NCBI GenBank assembly: GCA_026914245.1
Contig: CP110440.1
Coordinates: 3,100,001 to 3,164,000 of the forward strand
DNA length: 64,000 bases
Direction of reading: 5' to 3'
DNA from: Puccinia triticina
Lineage: Eukaryota
Of the stretch, positions 13,574 through 25,120 are shown piece after piece. The position numbers were made by a program, and so were the translations under genes. Each line of letters opens with the position of its first letter. Position 1 is the stretch's first letter. The notes under the pieces are model-generated. The model saw nothing but the letters and a program-made list of their open reading frames with translations, did no database searches and had not been told where the DNA came from.

Positions 13574-14507
13574 TGTCAGCCTTAGAGTCAACTCAGCTGA
13601 CCTAAAGTCTGCCTTTTTCTACTTTTTACATATGAATTACTTCATATCTTTTTCATCTTAAGAGATAACCTTGTTTTGACTTCATATTCTGTTTCATCAT
13701 GCAATTTTAACCTCAGTTACAACTTACCAATTCTTTTTAACTATACTCCTTCCCTGAGTTATTGAGTTGTAGCGCGCATGCACAGTTGTGACTTGTCAGC
13801 GCTACCAGGCGCACCAAACCACATGTACATATGTAAATTACGTAAGCAAACTGTGAAATTTTTCCTAGTCAGGATCCCCCTTGCCTGAGGCAGATCTACA
13901 AACTTCAGCACACCAGAACCACACCCCAGATAACCCCAGGATCACCACCAAAGAGATTACCACACTCCCAGTATACCTACCGTCACAGGCGCCTAGGATA
14001 TTGACAGTAAGTAACCTCTTTCACTGAACCTTGTTTATCTCAGAGGCACAACTCTGTGTCTGTTTGATCTGCTCTTCTTTGCTGGCCTTTGCCTCATTCT
14101 TGGTCACAGGGCTGTCCCTGCTTAACAGTATTCTTTTTCTGTGGTTTTTGCAAGAAACAAACCACATAGGTTTCCCTTTAAAGAACCTTGACTATCCAGA
14201 AGGAAGCTAAAAAATTGTGGCTGGAATATACTTGTCTAATCCAGAAGCCCTCCACGTTTCTTTGGTGAGAGGAGGCTGTAGCACTCTCCAGCACAGCTTG
14301 GCAGCACTCTTCTGAAGAGTTAGCATTGCCAGTGGACGTGCATTCCCACAAGAATAACCTTGAATATCTGCTTATCTTGATTCTGCTCAGTTTCTCTCTC
14401 TCTTTCTCTCTCTCTCTTATATTTGTATTTTCTTTATCCAAAGAAATCCAAATATTCCCCCCATTCTTTCTTGTGTCCTGCTGTCACTATAGAGACTCAG
14501 ACTCACA
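13574..14507 (+). repeat. 3' LTR of the Gypsy element
   Basis: Purine tract ggtggtagggaa, then TGTCAGCC...ACTCACA. Aligns end to end with the solo LTR at 52789-53746. Confidence 0.9.
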
Positions 14508-16447
14508 CCATGAGTATCCATTTGCAATGGCCAAACATGAAGGATTCATTGACTTCATGAAGGAATTGCAGCCTCAGTTCCAGATGCCTGGACGCAAGAC
14601 AGTCCGAAACAACTGTGTGAAGATTTTCACCAACCAGAAGACGGCCTTGATGTCAAAGCTTGCCAAGGACGCTCACCATATTGTGCTGACGACCGACTTG
14701 TGGACCGCGTCTGATCTCACGGGCTATATGGCCGTGACTCTACACTATATCAACTTGCAATTGGGATTAAACAAACACATCATCAGCTTTCGACCTCTCC
14801 CACCGCCACACTCGGCCCAAGCGATTGCCAACCGCCTCAGCCAAGTTTTAAGAGACTGGAAGCTCGTCAACAAGGTTGCTTTTGTTACTGTTGACAATGC
14901 ATTAGCAAAAACTGCGGCAATGGTACGGCTCAAACAATTTGTTGATGATCGTAGTGTTACCCCTGGCGCGGCGACCTTGGCCCACTTCCACATGCGCTGC
15001 CTTGCTCACATTATCAACTTGCTTGTCAAAGATGGCCTCAAGATTGCCGGTGATGCTGTCAATCAACTACGTGACGCAGTCCATTGGATTCACGGCTCTC
15101 TTTCTTGCATGGACACCTTTGACAAGTCTCTCACGGCAGTTGGCATCAATATCAAGAAGAAGCATCCTTGTAAGGATGTCCCAACTCAATGGAACTTGAC
15201 TTACCTCATGATCAAGGCTTCCTTACCATGCAGGTTAGCCTTCCAGGAACTTGCCATAATTGATGAAAAATTTGAGGACTGTCCGACCAAGCTTCAATGG
15301 GAGGAACTGGTGCTCATGGAGCAGTTTCTTGAGCCATTTTACCAAGGTGTGATGTTTCTCTGCTTGTTGCTTCCTAAGTTCCTCAGTAGGCTGATCAGAT
15401 CTCTCCTTCCTCCATCCAGCAACTGTATTATTGAGTGGTACACAATATCCAACAATCAACTATGGATATTGTGTCATGTCAGCTATTGAAGCCCAACTCA
15501 ACAAGTCCTCGCCAAACCCAACTCTGAGTAGTATGGTTGAACCAATAAAGCAGAAGTTCAAGAAATACTGGGAGCCGGCAAAGACGGTACTTGCCATTGG
15601 ACTGGTCCTTGACCCAGGCTACAAGATGCGCTACCTTTGCTACAACCTTGAGCAGAACTTGGCTGGCAATGAAGATGTGAACGAGTTCATCAGCCAAGTT
15701 AAGTCTCTATTTTTGGTGCTGTGGAATCTGTACGTTCCAGCACCAACACCCGCCAACAACCCCTCCAGCAGTCAACAAGAGACCTCACAGAAGAAGAAGA
15801 CCATTGATTGAGACCTCTCAGCCTTCCACAAATACACAATGGAATCTTCTCAGCCCAACACTCCCATGGCCGAGTTAGACCTGTACCTCGAAGAGAGAAA
15901 CCTCATCCTACCTGATTCGAAGGAGTTGGAGTTCAATCTGCTCAACTGGTGGAAATCAAGCGCCGCCCGGTTTCAGTCACTTTCTCAGGTTGCCAGGACA
16001 ATTCTCATGATCCCAACTACCTTGGTTGCTTCTGAATTGGTATTCTCTACAGGTGGGCGGGTCCTTGACAACTATCGAATGCGCCTGAACAAGGAATTGA
16101 TTGAGGCATTAATCTGCACTCAAGACTGGATCAAGGCCAGGAAGCTGGCTGCAAAGCAAGTTGCGGGCGCGGCAAAGTAACTCAACTCCCTATATTTCCT
16201 TTTTATGGTTTCCTTTGTAGATTACTGTGATGCATATGGTGTAGAAACCACTGCATCAACCCTTCCTCCGACCAAAATACAAGATTTATTTTATTATATC
16301 ATTTCTGGCTGGGGCCCGTCAGCAGCCCACGGGCGACCCGACTAATAAACAGGCTCGGGTCGGGCAGCCATTTCAGGAAAAATGACCCGGCCCAACCCGC
16401 CCACTAATCTTGCGGCCTGGCTCGGGTCCGCCCAATTGCCATCCCTA
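14508..16447 (+). mobile_element. 3' part of hAT (Ac-like) transposon that hosts the Gypsy
   Basis: Transposase remnant, GC-rich subterminal CCCG/CGGG repeats, and terminal ttgccatcccta ending at 16447. Confidence 0.85.
14509..16180 (+). pseudogene. hAT transposase with one intron (15347-15419) and a premature stop
   Basis: HEYPF, LTTDLWT, VTVDNA, RCLAHIINL, DVPTQWN, LDPGYK, and a dimerisation domain (LLNWWK...ASELVFSTGGR). Splicing gives FYQ-ATVLLSGTQYPT. Confidence 0.88.
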
Positions 16448-16505
16448 ACTCAGTGTCCCTGTCAGGTTACAACAGGCCCCGCACCAATGCGGCAGTGTCT
16501 CAGGT

Positions 16506-17041
16506 CTAGCTTAACAAAGCCTCTTGAGCGGAGGGTCCGGGGGACCCCGCCCGGAGGGCTCTCCGCAGGAGAGGCTTATGAGTTATGTCTTGATTTAAGC
16601 AGGAGCAGAAAGGATCTGCTACACTAAATCCCAACCAATATAGAAAAACTGAATACACAGAGTTTTAGGTTCTTTTCTTGCAAGGAATTTGAGCCACTCA
16701 TTTATCTTGTAGCCAGAAAAACAACTCCTGGAGTCCCAAACAAGTGGAGCCTCATTTGGAAGACTTGTGCATTTTTGATCTTTTGAAAAGGTCAACAGAT
16801 TGGGATAGAAAAAATCTGAGTAGACCAAATTGTAGAGAAAGAAAAGTAGCATAGGGTACAGATAGGGCATATTGGTGGAGAGGCTGGGGGAGGAGCTATA
16901 AAAATTTTAAAAACCTCTCAGCCAAATGAACTTTCTGCTCCCGCGTAAAATTTGGGATAATGTGCAAGTCCCTCCCTGCGGGAGGGGCGGCTTCGCCGCC
17001 AGCCACAGCGCTCCCACCAGGGGGGACTTGTGTTAAGTTAG
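16506..17041. mobile_element. Mutator-like non-autonomous element
   Basis: Ends ctagcttaacaaag / cttgtgttaagttag, flanking duplication (g)tctcaggt. Confidence 0.75.
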
Positions 17042-17180
17042 TCTCAGGTGTGTCCCCGCCCGGCCCAAACCCGGCCGGGTTCGGGCGGCCTGTTGGACAC
17101 CCGCCCAATCACCATCCTGCTACAGGCAATGGTTGATGTACATAACTGCAACCAGTCTCTTTACCACAGACTTTCCAACC

Positions 17181-19326
17181 ATGGACCAGCCATCATCTCG
17201 GCCGATTGCACCCGGCTCAAAATCGAAAGACCGGACTCGGTCTCAGATCGTTGGGAGTTTTTGGATTGTGATCATTCTCAGCTTGCCAGTATGGTGGAGC
17301 ACGACCAAGATTGAGAGACGCGCTCTACCCAGCTCCGAAGTCGAAGCTTGGGATGCTCTTAAGGTCTGTTTCATCTTACGGTGTATGTTTCTCAAGCGCC
17401 CAACCCCATGTTGATCACATTGACTGCGATCGTAGCCATGTCCGATTCGATTTCCTATCAAATTGACATCAAACTTACCCGAAATCACGTCTGCCTCGAT
17501 GAAATCTCAAGTCGAAAGGTTGGCATCCCGTTTGGGAAGTGGAGGCGACACCTACCACGATGCGATCGACATATTGACTGCTAGATGTTTTGATTTCAAT
17601 GTCGAATCAACCCCTGCCTCAGCTTCTGAAAATGGTGGTCAGCACTTTATTTTGAAGGTAGAAGCCGATGAAACAGGTCCATCTGTCATGTCAATCCCAA
17701 CCGATGACCTTCTTTACTCTTTCCTTCCGTGAAATTCCCAGTCGTCTTACATCGATCACCTTCAGATATTCGGAATCACTCTGGGAGTTTTGCCTTTCAG
17801 AAAGACATCAAGATTCCGCTTACAAGTCCGTCAACTTCATGAATGGATAAAACACATTTAGCTCAACTAACATTCTCCCAATTGTGGTTGTTTTCCAATC
17901 AGCTAGCGATAAGCCCAATGAATTACTCCGATTCATCGCCCCGCTTCCCAGCTCACCCTCCTCTACACAAGCTGCAGACTCGCGAGTCATAAAATATTCT
18001 TCTCAGTTAAAGCTTGTCTTCAGTCTCATGAATGAAGATTGCAGTCAATCAGGTTTTATTCGAAGTTGGAGTATTAAGCATGCCATCGAACGTGAGTTAA
18101 GTGGAATACCCATTTGGCGTCGGAGTTTCAATACTGATATGAAGTGACATACGGTTTCCATTTTGCTTCCTTTTTGTCTCAGTTTACCTGGAAGATCTTT
18201 TGGCGAATCTCGCACCTCTGCACAACTTAACATGTCAAACGCAAATTCTGCAGAATTCCCCGCTAGCTTTTGAGCCGACTCTACTGTCAAATGGACAAGA
18301 CTCGACGTATGTTGTGGAACAAGAGGAGTTGAAAGCGTTCATCAATGATGCGGATTGGAACCTTGGTAAGCAAAACATGAGTAGCTGCACTTTAAGCCAG
18401 CTGATCCTGATTTGACGAGATAATTTTAATTTGCATCAGCCTCGTCGGTGACCATGGAGCCAGTACTAAACTTTGTGCTCTGGGTACCTTCACCTGACCA
18501 CAGACCATTCAAAATTCGACGCACAGATGGTAAGCATCGTATTCATATGTCCTGATTGAATTGCCACTCATTTCACAATATACTGATTTGCATCAAATAC
18601 ATTGAAGGTACCCTTGATGCCGACGGCAGTTTCATTAGGCCGCAGTGGGGAAGCGTGGTGATCTACAATCCCGACCAGACTGCTATCGGGGGACAGCCGC
18701 GGCTAGGGGTAGCCGAGCTTGCCCGACCAATGCAAATCTTTCGACATCATCTGCTCAGCCTCTTAGGTGTCGTTGATACTCTCGACACTCCTGAACAGCG
18801 TGCGCTCGCACTTGACGCGATTGTGAGACGTCGGATTGTGGAAAACAGCCTCGAGGCGATCAACTCGATGCAAGTAATCGTCAAATTGGTTCATGATCAA
18901 ACCAACATGAGGGTTTCTACGGAAGTACAAAACCAAGTTAAAGGCGCTCTGGCAAGTCTCAAGTCTGTAAGTTGGGTCAATTTATTGCAGAGGTATATGG
19001 ATAGTCAAGCTGCCAAAAACTTTATTCATCGTTTCCTTTTCTTATCATGGACCCTTCAAATCAAACGGAAACAGGCCCAGGAGGAACTTATTAAACCACA
19101 AGGTTCACTATGGACAGCAGCGCTCCACGCCGATGAATCAAAGACGTTATCTTCAACTGCATTCTTCAGTCCAACCATGCTCTCTCTGCTGTATTTCCCG
19201 GACGAACACAAATACGCTATTTACACTCCTCTCTTTGGTCCCGTGCTCGTACCACTAGTGATTGCTCTGATCAAAGAGTTGAAGTCTCGTCGGAAGAAAA
19301 ACTCGGTGAAGGAAAAGGAAGAGTAA
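17181..19326 (+). CDS. GPI17: GPI transamidase component PIG-S/Gpi17 (multi-exon)
   Basis: N-terminal TM followed by PVWWSTTKIERRALP, and C-terminal AFFSPTMLSLLYFPDEHKYAIYTPLFGP. GT-AG introns include 17364-17435, 18092-18182, 18366-18439, 18530-18607 and 18967-19074. Confidence 0.92.
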
Positions 19327-19579
19327 AATATATTTGCTTTTTGTCGTTGATTAAAAGATGAGATCATATCTAGGATATCTGTTCAATCGCTTGACAAACG
19401 TGCTGTGATGTAGAATCAAGCACTCTTTGTTGTAAAAATCTTTTATCTCTTTCAGCCAGTAGTAGTAGTTGATAAACTAAGAAACAAATCAAATCAATAA
19501 ATGAGCCACAAAAACAACAAGAGGAAGAGATGAGAACGAACAACCAACAGAATAAAGAAGCTATCTATGCTAGTGAACT

Positions 19580-19779
19580 GGATGACTTCCTGTAGGCATT
19601 TAGAGAGCTTTAGATGCTGGCCTCTAACTCCTAAATTAAGACACTTACCAAAGCAACAAACAGCACACATGAAAGCAATGAACTACAGGCTTAGGAAAAC
19701 ATTTTCTTTTTTCCTGAAAATGAGTTTGGTTGTGTAAATTGAGATCTGGGAGGCTCTTAGACTCAACAGGAAGTCATCC
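19580..19779. mobile_element. 200-bp MITE with ACT TSD
   Basis: TIR ggatgacttcctgt / acaggaagtcatcc, flanked by act on both sides. Confidence 0.7.
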
Positions 19780-20931
19780 ACTGAACACCACATTGATGAT
19801 AATTTGAGAACAACAATAAACCAAAGAAACAAAAGTTTTAGTGTTTTAATCACACAAGCTAAGCAATAGATAACTCAATGAAACCAACACTGAGAACCAT
19901 ATTGTATGCTGATGATTAAACTCCTTGTCAAACAATATCATCTTCAATCTTCTTGAACTAGCGATGTTAATCAACAAGTACAATGAGTTAAGTTTTTATG
20001 TTCAACAGTTGAGATAGGCTTCAATTCCTTTACCTGACACACTTGTTCTTCTTCACAACAACCTTCTTGAGTCTGGAGGTGTTGAAGTGAAAAACAACCG
20101 GTAACAACTAAATGGTGAAACAAAACCAAGAAGGCAGAGAAAAGAAATAAAGTTTTCTGAGTTCAACTGGGCTATTAGATGTGCCCTCCACAGGTACACA
20201 TGACCATTCATATGCAAAATACACATGTCATCAAATTACTCTCAACCTTCTTTTTGAGTATAAGATTAGGGTGTTTCAAAGTTGGCCTGGTGGGAGGGAC
20301 TTGTATGCACTTTTTCAAGTGGGCATTCAAGTCACATCATGAACACCAAGTTGAAAAAGAGCATGCAAGACACATTTTACATACCCCACAGGCCTTCTCA
20401 AATGTGTTTTCAAAAGTTGGTGTTCAAGAAAAGCCTTGAACATCAACTTTCAAAAGTGTATGCAAGTTTCAACTGGCCAACTTTGAATCCACCTTTTGAA
20501 TAACAATTCACTGTGCGCAGTGTGAATTTTTTTTTGCTTGATTAAGTATATTGCTTGTGGCTCCAATCATTTCCTACTTCTTAACCCAATGATCAAATCT
20601 TCCTAATCAATATTTTTTGGCACCCACTCATTGTCCCCGTTTTTGAATTGTTTTCACTGTATAAATGTGCAAAAGACCTTTTCAATCTGCAATGTATTTT
20701 CATCTTTGGTGTGGACTTGAAACTTTCAGCTACATATAAGTCCAAGGCCAAAGCACACATAATCTTATCAAATTTGCAAGTCTGACATGTAGACCAGGCA
20801 GTGCAGATCTGGGCAGACCAAGACCTTGAGTAAAACCATGTAGCACCCTTCCTCAGGCAGCACAAGACTGATGAGAGTATGAAGTTATTAACCATGTATG
20901 AGGGGGGTTCAAGTTGGCAAGAATCCACTAA

Positions 20932-21314
20932 GAGCAACTCCACCGCCAGAGCTTTCCATGGTGCTAAGAGATTACCATGTTTAGCTCCCAGGATGCTGAG
21001 GCCTACTGCGGCATCCACTGCGTGGGAGCTATCCTGAGAGCTAAAATTGGCTTTCACCAAGCCCCAAGTGTGGTAGTGGGTGGGGGTTTGGGGGTGTGTG
21101 CGTGTGGGGTGGTGAGATGTCAAAAAGAAATTGAGGTGTCACAGGAGCTATTTGGGAGCTCAGGTGTTGCTATTTTTGGCGCCACCTGAGCTCCTGAGTG
21201 AGCTCCCAATGCTCCTATCACCCCGGATAGCAACCCAGGTGGCCCTTGAATTTGTCATCATAAGAGCTAAATGTCAGATAGCACCACAGGATAGCACCTG
21301 CGGTGGAGTTTCTC
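20932..21314. mobile_element. PIF/Harbinger (Tourist-like) MITE
   Basis: TIR gagcaactccaccgc / gcggtggagtttctc, TAA TSD. Confidence 0.8.
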
Positions 21315-21401
21315 TAAGGATTTTGTCTGCTCATGCAGCCTGCAGTAAGGTTTATGCATGGTGAATTGCTTCCAAAGAGGAGCTTCCCACCAGAACCTGG
21401 T

Positions 21402-21785
21402 TGAGCTTAACAAAGCTTCCCAGTGAGGCAGCCATATCAGGATTTTTTCACTTTTTTTCCTTTTTTGTAAATCAACCATCAGCCCGCAGAGGTTACCCTT
21501 CTTTACTTAAGAAGTGCTCTGCAGTGTGCTTCTTCTAATGCAATTTAGGCCTTGTAGCTGCCAATATAAGGCCTGATCTTTGTGTTTGAAATTTTTGAAC
21601 ACCGAGAAAAGCAAACCATATTGAGAGAGAGATGTTTTTTAAATCCACATGGCTTTGTATCAAAAGCTTTCTCAATATATTGAAAGGCAGTGGAATACTG
21701 CATTCTTGCTTGCATCAGCTGACCTGCATCTCAAAAAGAGTCCTATTTCTAGCCGCTCTCCGGGCCATGAACCAAGAGCTATCTG
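21402..21785 (+). mobile_element. Partial Mutator-like element, paralog of 41872-43285 without the MITE insertions
   Basis: Start gagcttaacaaagc.tcccagtgaggcagcc and colinear match to 41872-42975. Right end not found. Confidence 0.75.
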
Positions 21786-22195
21786 TCTCACCACCCCAAA
21801 AAGCAAGGCAATATGCCCACATTGCCATGATTAAAACAGTGTTATTACACATGGATAATCCATTCTTGACACAAGTTGAACCTAGGTGTTCCATAAGCTT
21901 AACCCATTGGTTACACAATTTTAACCCATATGTTACAGAGCTTTAACCAGGGATGGTTTTGGCCTGGTACTTCCTGGTGCCGGCAGGTGCCTGGTTTTTT
22001 GATAAAATATATAGGTCCCTGGGTATGGCCTGTCCACACACAACCTTAGCCCCCTATTTTTAATCATGGTGGTCAGGGGACTTTTTTTGGTATAAACTAA
22101 ATCTGAGCTGGCTGTCATCCAGTTCATATCATGGACTTGGCCCCTGTGGATGGGGATACGCCAAGCAAGGGCTTTGGCACGGAGGCAAGCAGCTC

Positions 22196-23417
22196 CAAAC
22201 TTAACCCAAGTCCCTTGCTGCTGCGGGCGTCTGGTCTTGCAAAGCAAGCCTCCAATAGCCCTCGGCAGGAGGGACTTGCGCGCTATCGCCCCTTTTTGGT
22301 GTGCCAAGATTCTGAGTTTGGCTAGGTGGTTTCTCCAAACCATCACAGTTTCTTGCCCTCAAAACTTAAAAGCCTAAAAATTTGCTTGGCACAAAGCCTT
22401 GCATCTTGTGTGTCATCCCACACAATCTGAGTTGTGTTACATCACCTTTTCAAGGTTAAATAAATTATCAAAGTAAATAGAATCTTGGAGCTTACTGAAG
22501 CCAAGTAACAGAAGGGATCCATGCTGATCCGTGCTCAATGACTTAATACATACATATTTTTTTTGACTTACAGTCAACGTACAACGCCCTGGATGACTGG
22601 TATAGACCGTTCATTGAAGGGATGTGTACAACCTCTCAATGACCAGTCTGTGCCGGTCATTGAGGGGACTTGACAATCTTGGTGGCCGGGATCAACCGGT
22701 CATCAAGGGGATACAGCCCTCTCAATGACTGGCACAGACTGGTCATTGAGGAGACTCGATACTCTCAATGGCCAGTACAGACCGGCCATCAAGGGGACTT
22801 GACACTCTTGATGACTGGGATCAACCGGGCATTGAGGGGACTTGACACTCCCAATGACCAGTATGTACCGGTCATCAAGAGAGAGGACTCAACCATCTCA
22901 ATGACCGGTACTGTACCGTTCATCGAGAGGGTTTTATCCTCTCAATGACCGGCACATACGGTCATTGAGAGTGTTGAGTCCTCTCAATAACCGGCAGATA
23001 CCGTACTAGCAAGCACAGTCCTCAAGCTAGCTGCGTGTCAAACACGCTATGTATTAATCAGAGAGTCCGTGCTCTCATTTTGTGATTGATTTCTGCAAGT
23101 CTGAGTTATAGACTCGGTAACAGTCTTAAAGTTTATTTGTCTTGTTTAGTTTTTCAAGACTTACTTCTATCAGTACATAAAGAAAGAAAAAAATACAAGG
23201 CTCAGCACTTGCATGTTGAGCTGATCTGTAGCAAAAAAAAAAAGCTTATTATGGAATCAGGGAGGTACAAGGGGAAAGGTGAAAAGAGGGGTGAAAAACC
23301 CATTCTCCGTGTGCCAGAATGGGGAGGTGCGGTGCAAGTCCCTCCTGCCAAGGGCTATCGGAGGCTTGCTTCGCAAGACCAGACGCCCGCAGCAGCGAGG
23401 GACTTGAGTTAAGTTTG
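22196..23417. mobile_element. Mutator-like element with ~85-bp or longer TIRs
   Basis: Left end caaacttaacccaagtcccttgctgctgcgggcgtctgg is mirrored at the right end, TSD aagcagctc / aagcggctc. Confidence 0.88.
22587..23005. repeat. Array of ~10 palindromic ~43-bp units
   Basis: Inferred consensus CTCTCGATGACCGG-N6-CCGGTCATCGAGAG with short variable linkers. Confidence 0.85.
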
Positions 23418-23923
23418 AAGCGGCTCTGTGGTTCCCGGAAGAGAGTCCCTTGAACCACACAGAAAACTCATGAGCATGTGTGGATGAGAAGATACCTGAC
23501 CCCTGGGTCAGCTGCCTTGATAACTTCTCCTTGGACAGCCTGCACAGGGCAGCAAAGACAGGAGGACTGGAAAGCAGGCACACATTTTGAGAGCAAGTGC
23601 AGCCAGCACACCACCCTTGTTACCTGCCAAGGCGGAACCCAATGCCCATTTTCTGGTACCCTTACCCGTGGCGCCCCCCTTCCCGCTGGCCGCTGGTGGC
23701 TGTTGGCTTGCTGGCGGTCAAAGCTTCTTGACGGCATATTGCTGCTATGCTCACCGGTGTTTGATTGGTCAAGCCTCAGGCATGTTTGCCGTCAAATTGA
23801 CCAGGCAAGTTAACATAACTTGCCTGAAGTCGAGTCAACTCCACCTGAGCTTGAGTGTCGGCGGGGGTGTGGTCAGATTGGCGGCAATTTGACAGCGCGG
23901 GGGTCAATTTGACGGGCAAAACC

Positions 23924-24019
23924 CGAACTTATCCAAGTCCCTCCGAGGAGGGCCCGACGGGCCCTCCGTGCGGAGGTCGCGCTGCGCGCGACCTCCTCGG
24001 AGGGACTGCGTTAAGTTCG
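23924..24019. mobile_element. 96-bp miniature Mutator-like element
   Basis: Ends cgaacttatccaagtccctccgaggag / ctcctcggagggactgcgttaagttcg, perfect TSD ggcaaaacc. Confidence 0.88.
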
Positions 24020-25120
24020 GGCAAAACCCAAAATCGTGCAACCGCCGTGTCAATTTCCTGGCTTTTCCATACGGTGCAAAACAAACAGCAAGTCATTGTT
24101 GGTTCAGGAGATGAAGAATTGTCTGTCAGCATAATCAATCCAAGCTAGCATCCGCGTTATCGAGTTCGTAGCATCTGCCATGACTCATGAGGGACCTCAT
24201 ATACTTACGCATGCTCAACGCTCGTCAGCGGAAGCCTACATACCAACGGGAATAAAATTACAAGCTGACTGGACCTGCCGGATCTGGTCATTCCGGTGTA
24301 ATACGCGTGTAAGAAGTTGGCACCTATTCCCGAGCTTGAAGTGACTAAGCCTTCCTTCCAGAGCATGACTCTCAAGGCCAGGGCAGCTAGGTTTGATTTT
24401 CAATCGGGTTTCTTTCATCGGTTGGTAGCGTCTGTAAGCCTCTGCCCATTGACGATTCGGAAGTCGAGGTCAGCTCAAAGCTCGTTGTGGATATAGTTGA
24501 AGGCAACCTTGGAAACCGAGTGATTTTGACTCCGTTGAGCTCTCGATGAGACGCACTTGGACACCACGAAAAAGGACTCGTCAGCAGCTGGTTGTTGCAG
24601 GTGACTGATAAGACTACGGGACGGGTAAGATGAACACGATGACAGTTTTGATGGATCGAGATTAGTTCCCCCATTCATCCAACCTAGCACCCCCCTCATC
24701 TGTATGGATTAGCAGGTTCACACATTAAACCTCACCTTCTCAATTCGCCTGAGCTAAATCCGATTCCATCTCCCGACTGGCTCAATCCTCGATAAACTCA
24801 GCGAGAATCAGTTTAGACTAAACTGTTGTTATCCCTCCACTAGTACCTACGCAATTCTTGGCCATCATTCATTTCCCTATCTTTTCTTTGCACCTCCTGT
24901 GCCATCTATGTCAGCCCATTTGCCATGCCATCGCAAGCCAAATTTTCATCAGACCAATTTATTCCTTGTGAAGATCAACCCTCATGAACATTCACTGCGG
25001 TAGGGCAATACATCCAAAATCCACAAACATCAATCTTCGCCATCGAACAAGCTGTTCCGTAAACTACCTCTTCAGACCCGTTTCTACCAAATCACCAGCA
25101 GCAAAGAAGTGGCCACTTCA

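Larger units (their letters stand above)
456..14507 (+). mobile_element. Ty3/Gypsy chromovirus LTR retrotransposon (5' part outside window), interrupted by a Helitron and a LINE
   Basis: Domain order PR-RT-RH-IN-chromodomain across three segments (456-2481, 5452-5544, 11932-13520), then PPT and 3' LTR. Confidence 0.92.

Noticed and set aside
14326..14507. Hydrophobic N-terminus on the hAT ORF
   Set aside because: It is read-through from the pyrimidine-rich LTR end, not a real signal peptide
22587..23005. CRISPR array
   Set aside because: The linkers are only ~6-11 nt and partly repeated, the repeats are degenerate, there are no cas genes, and the context is eukaryotic TE
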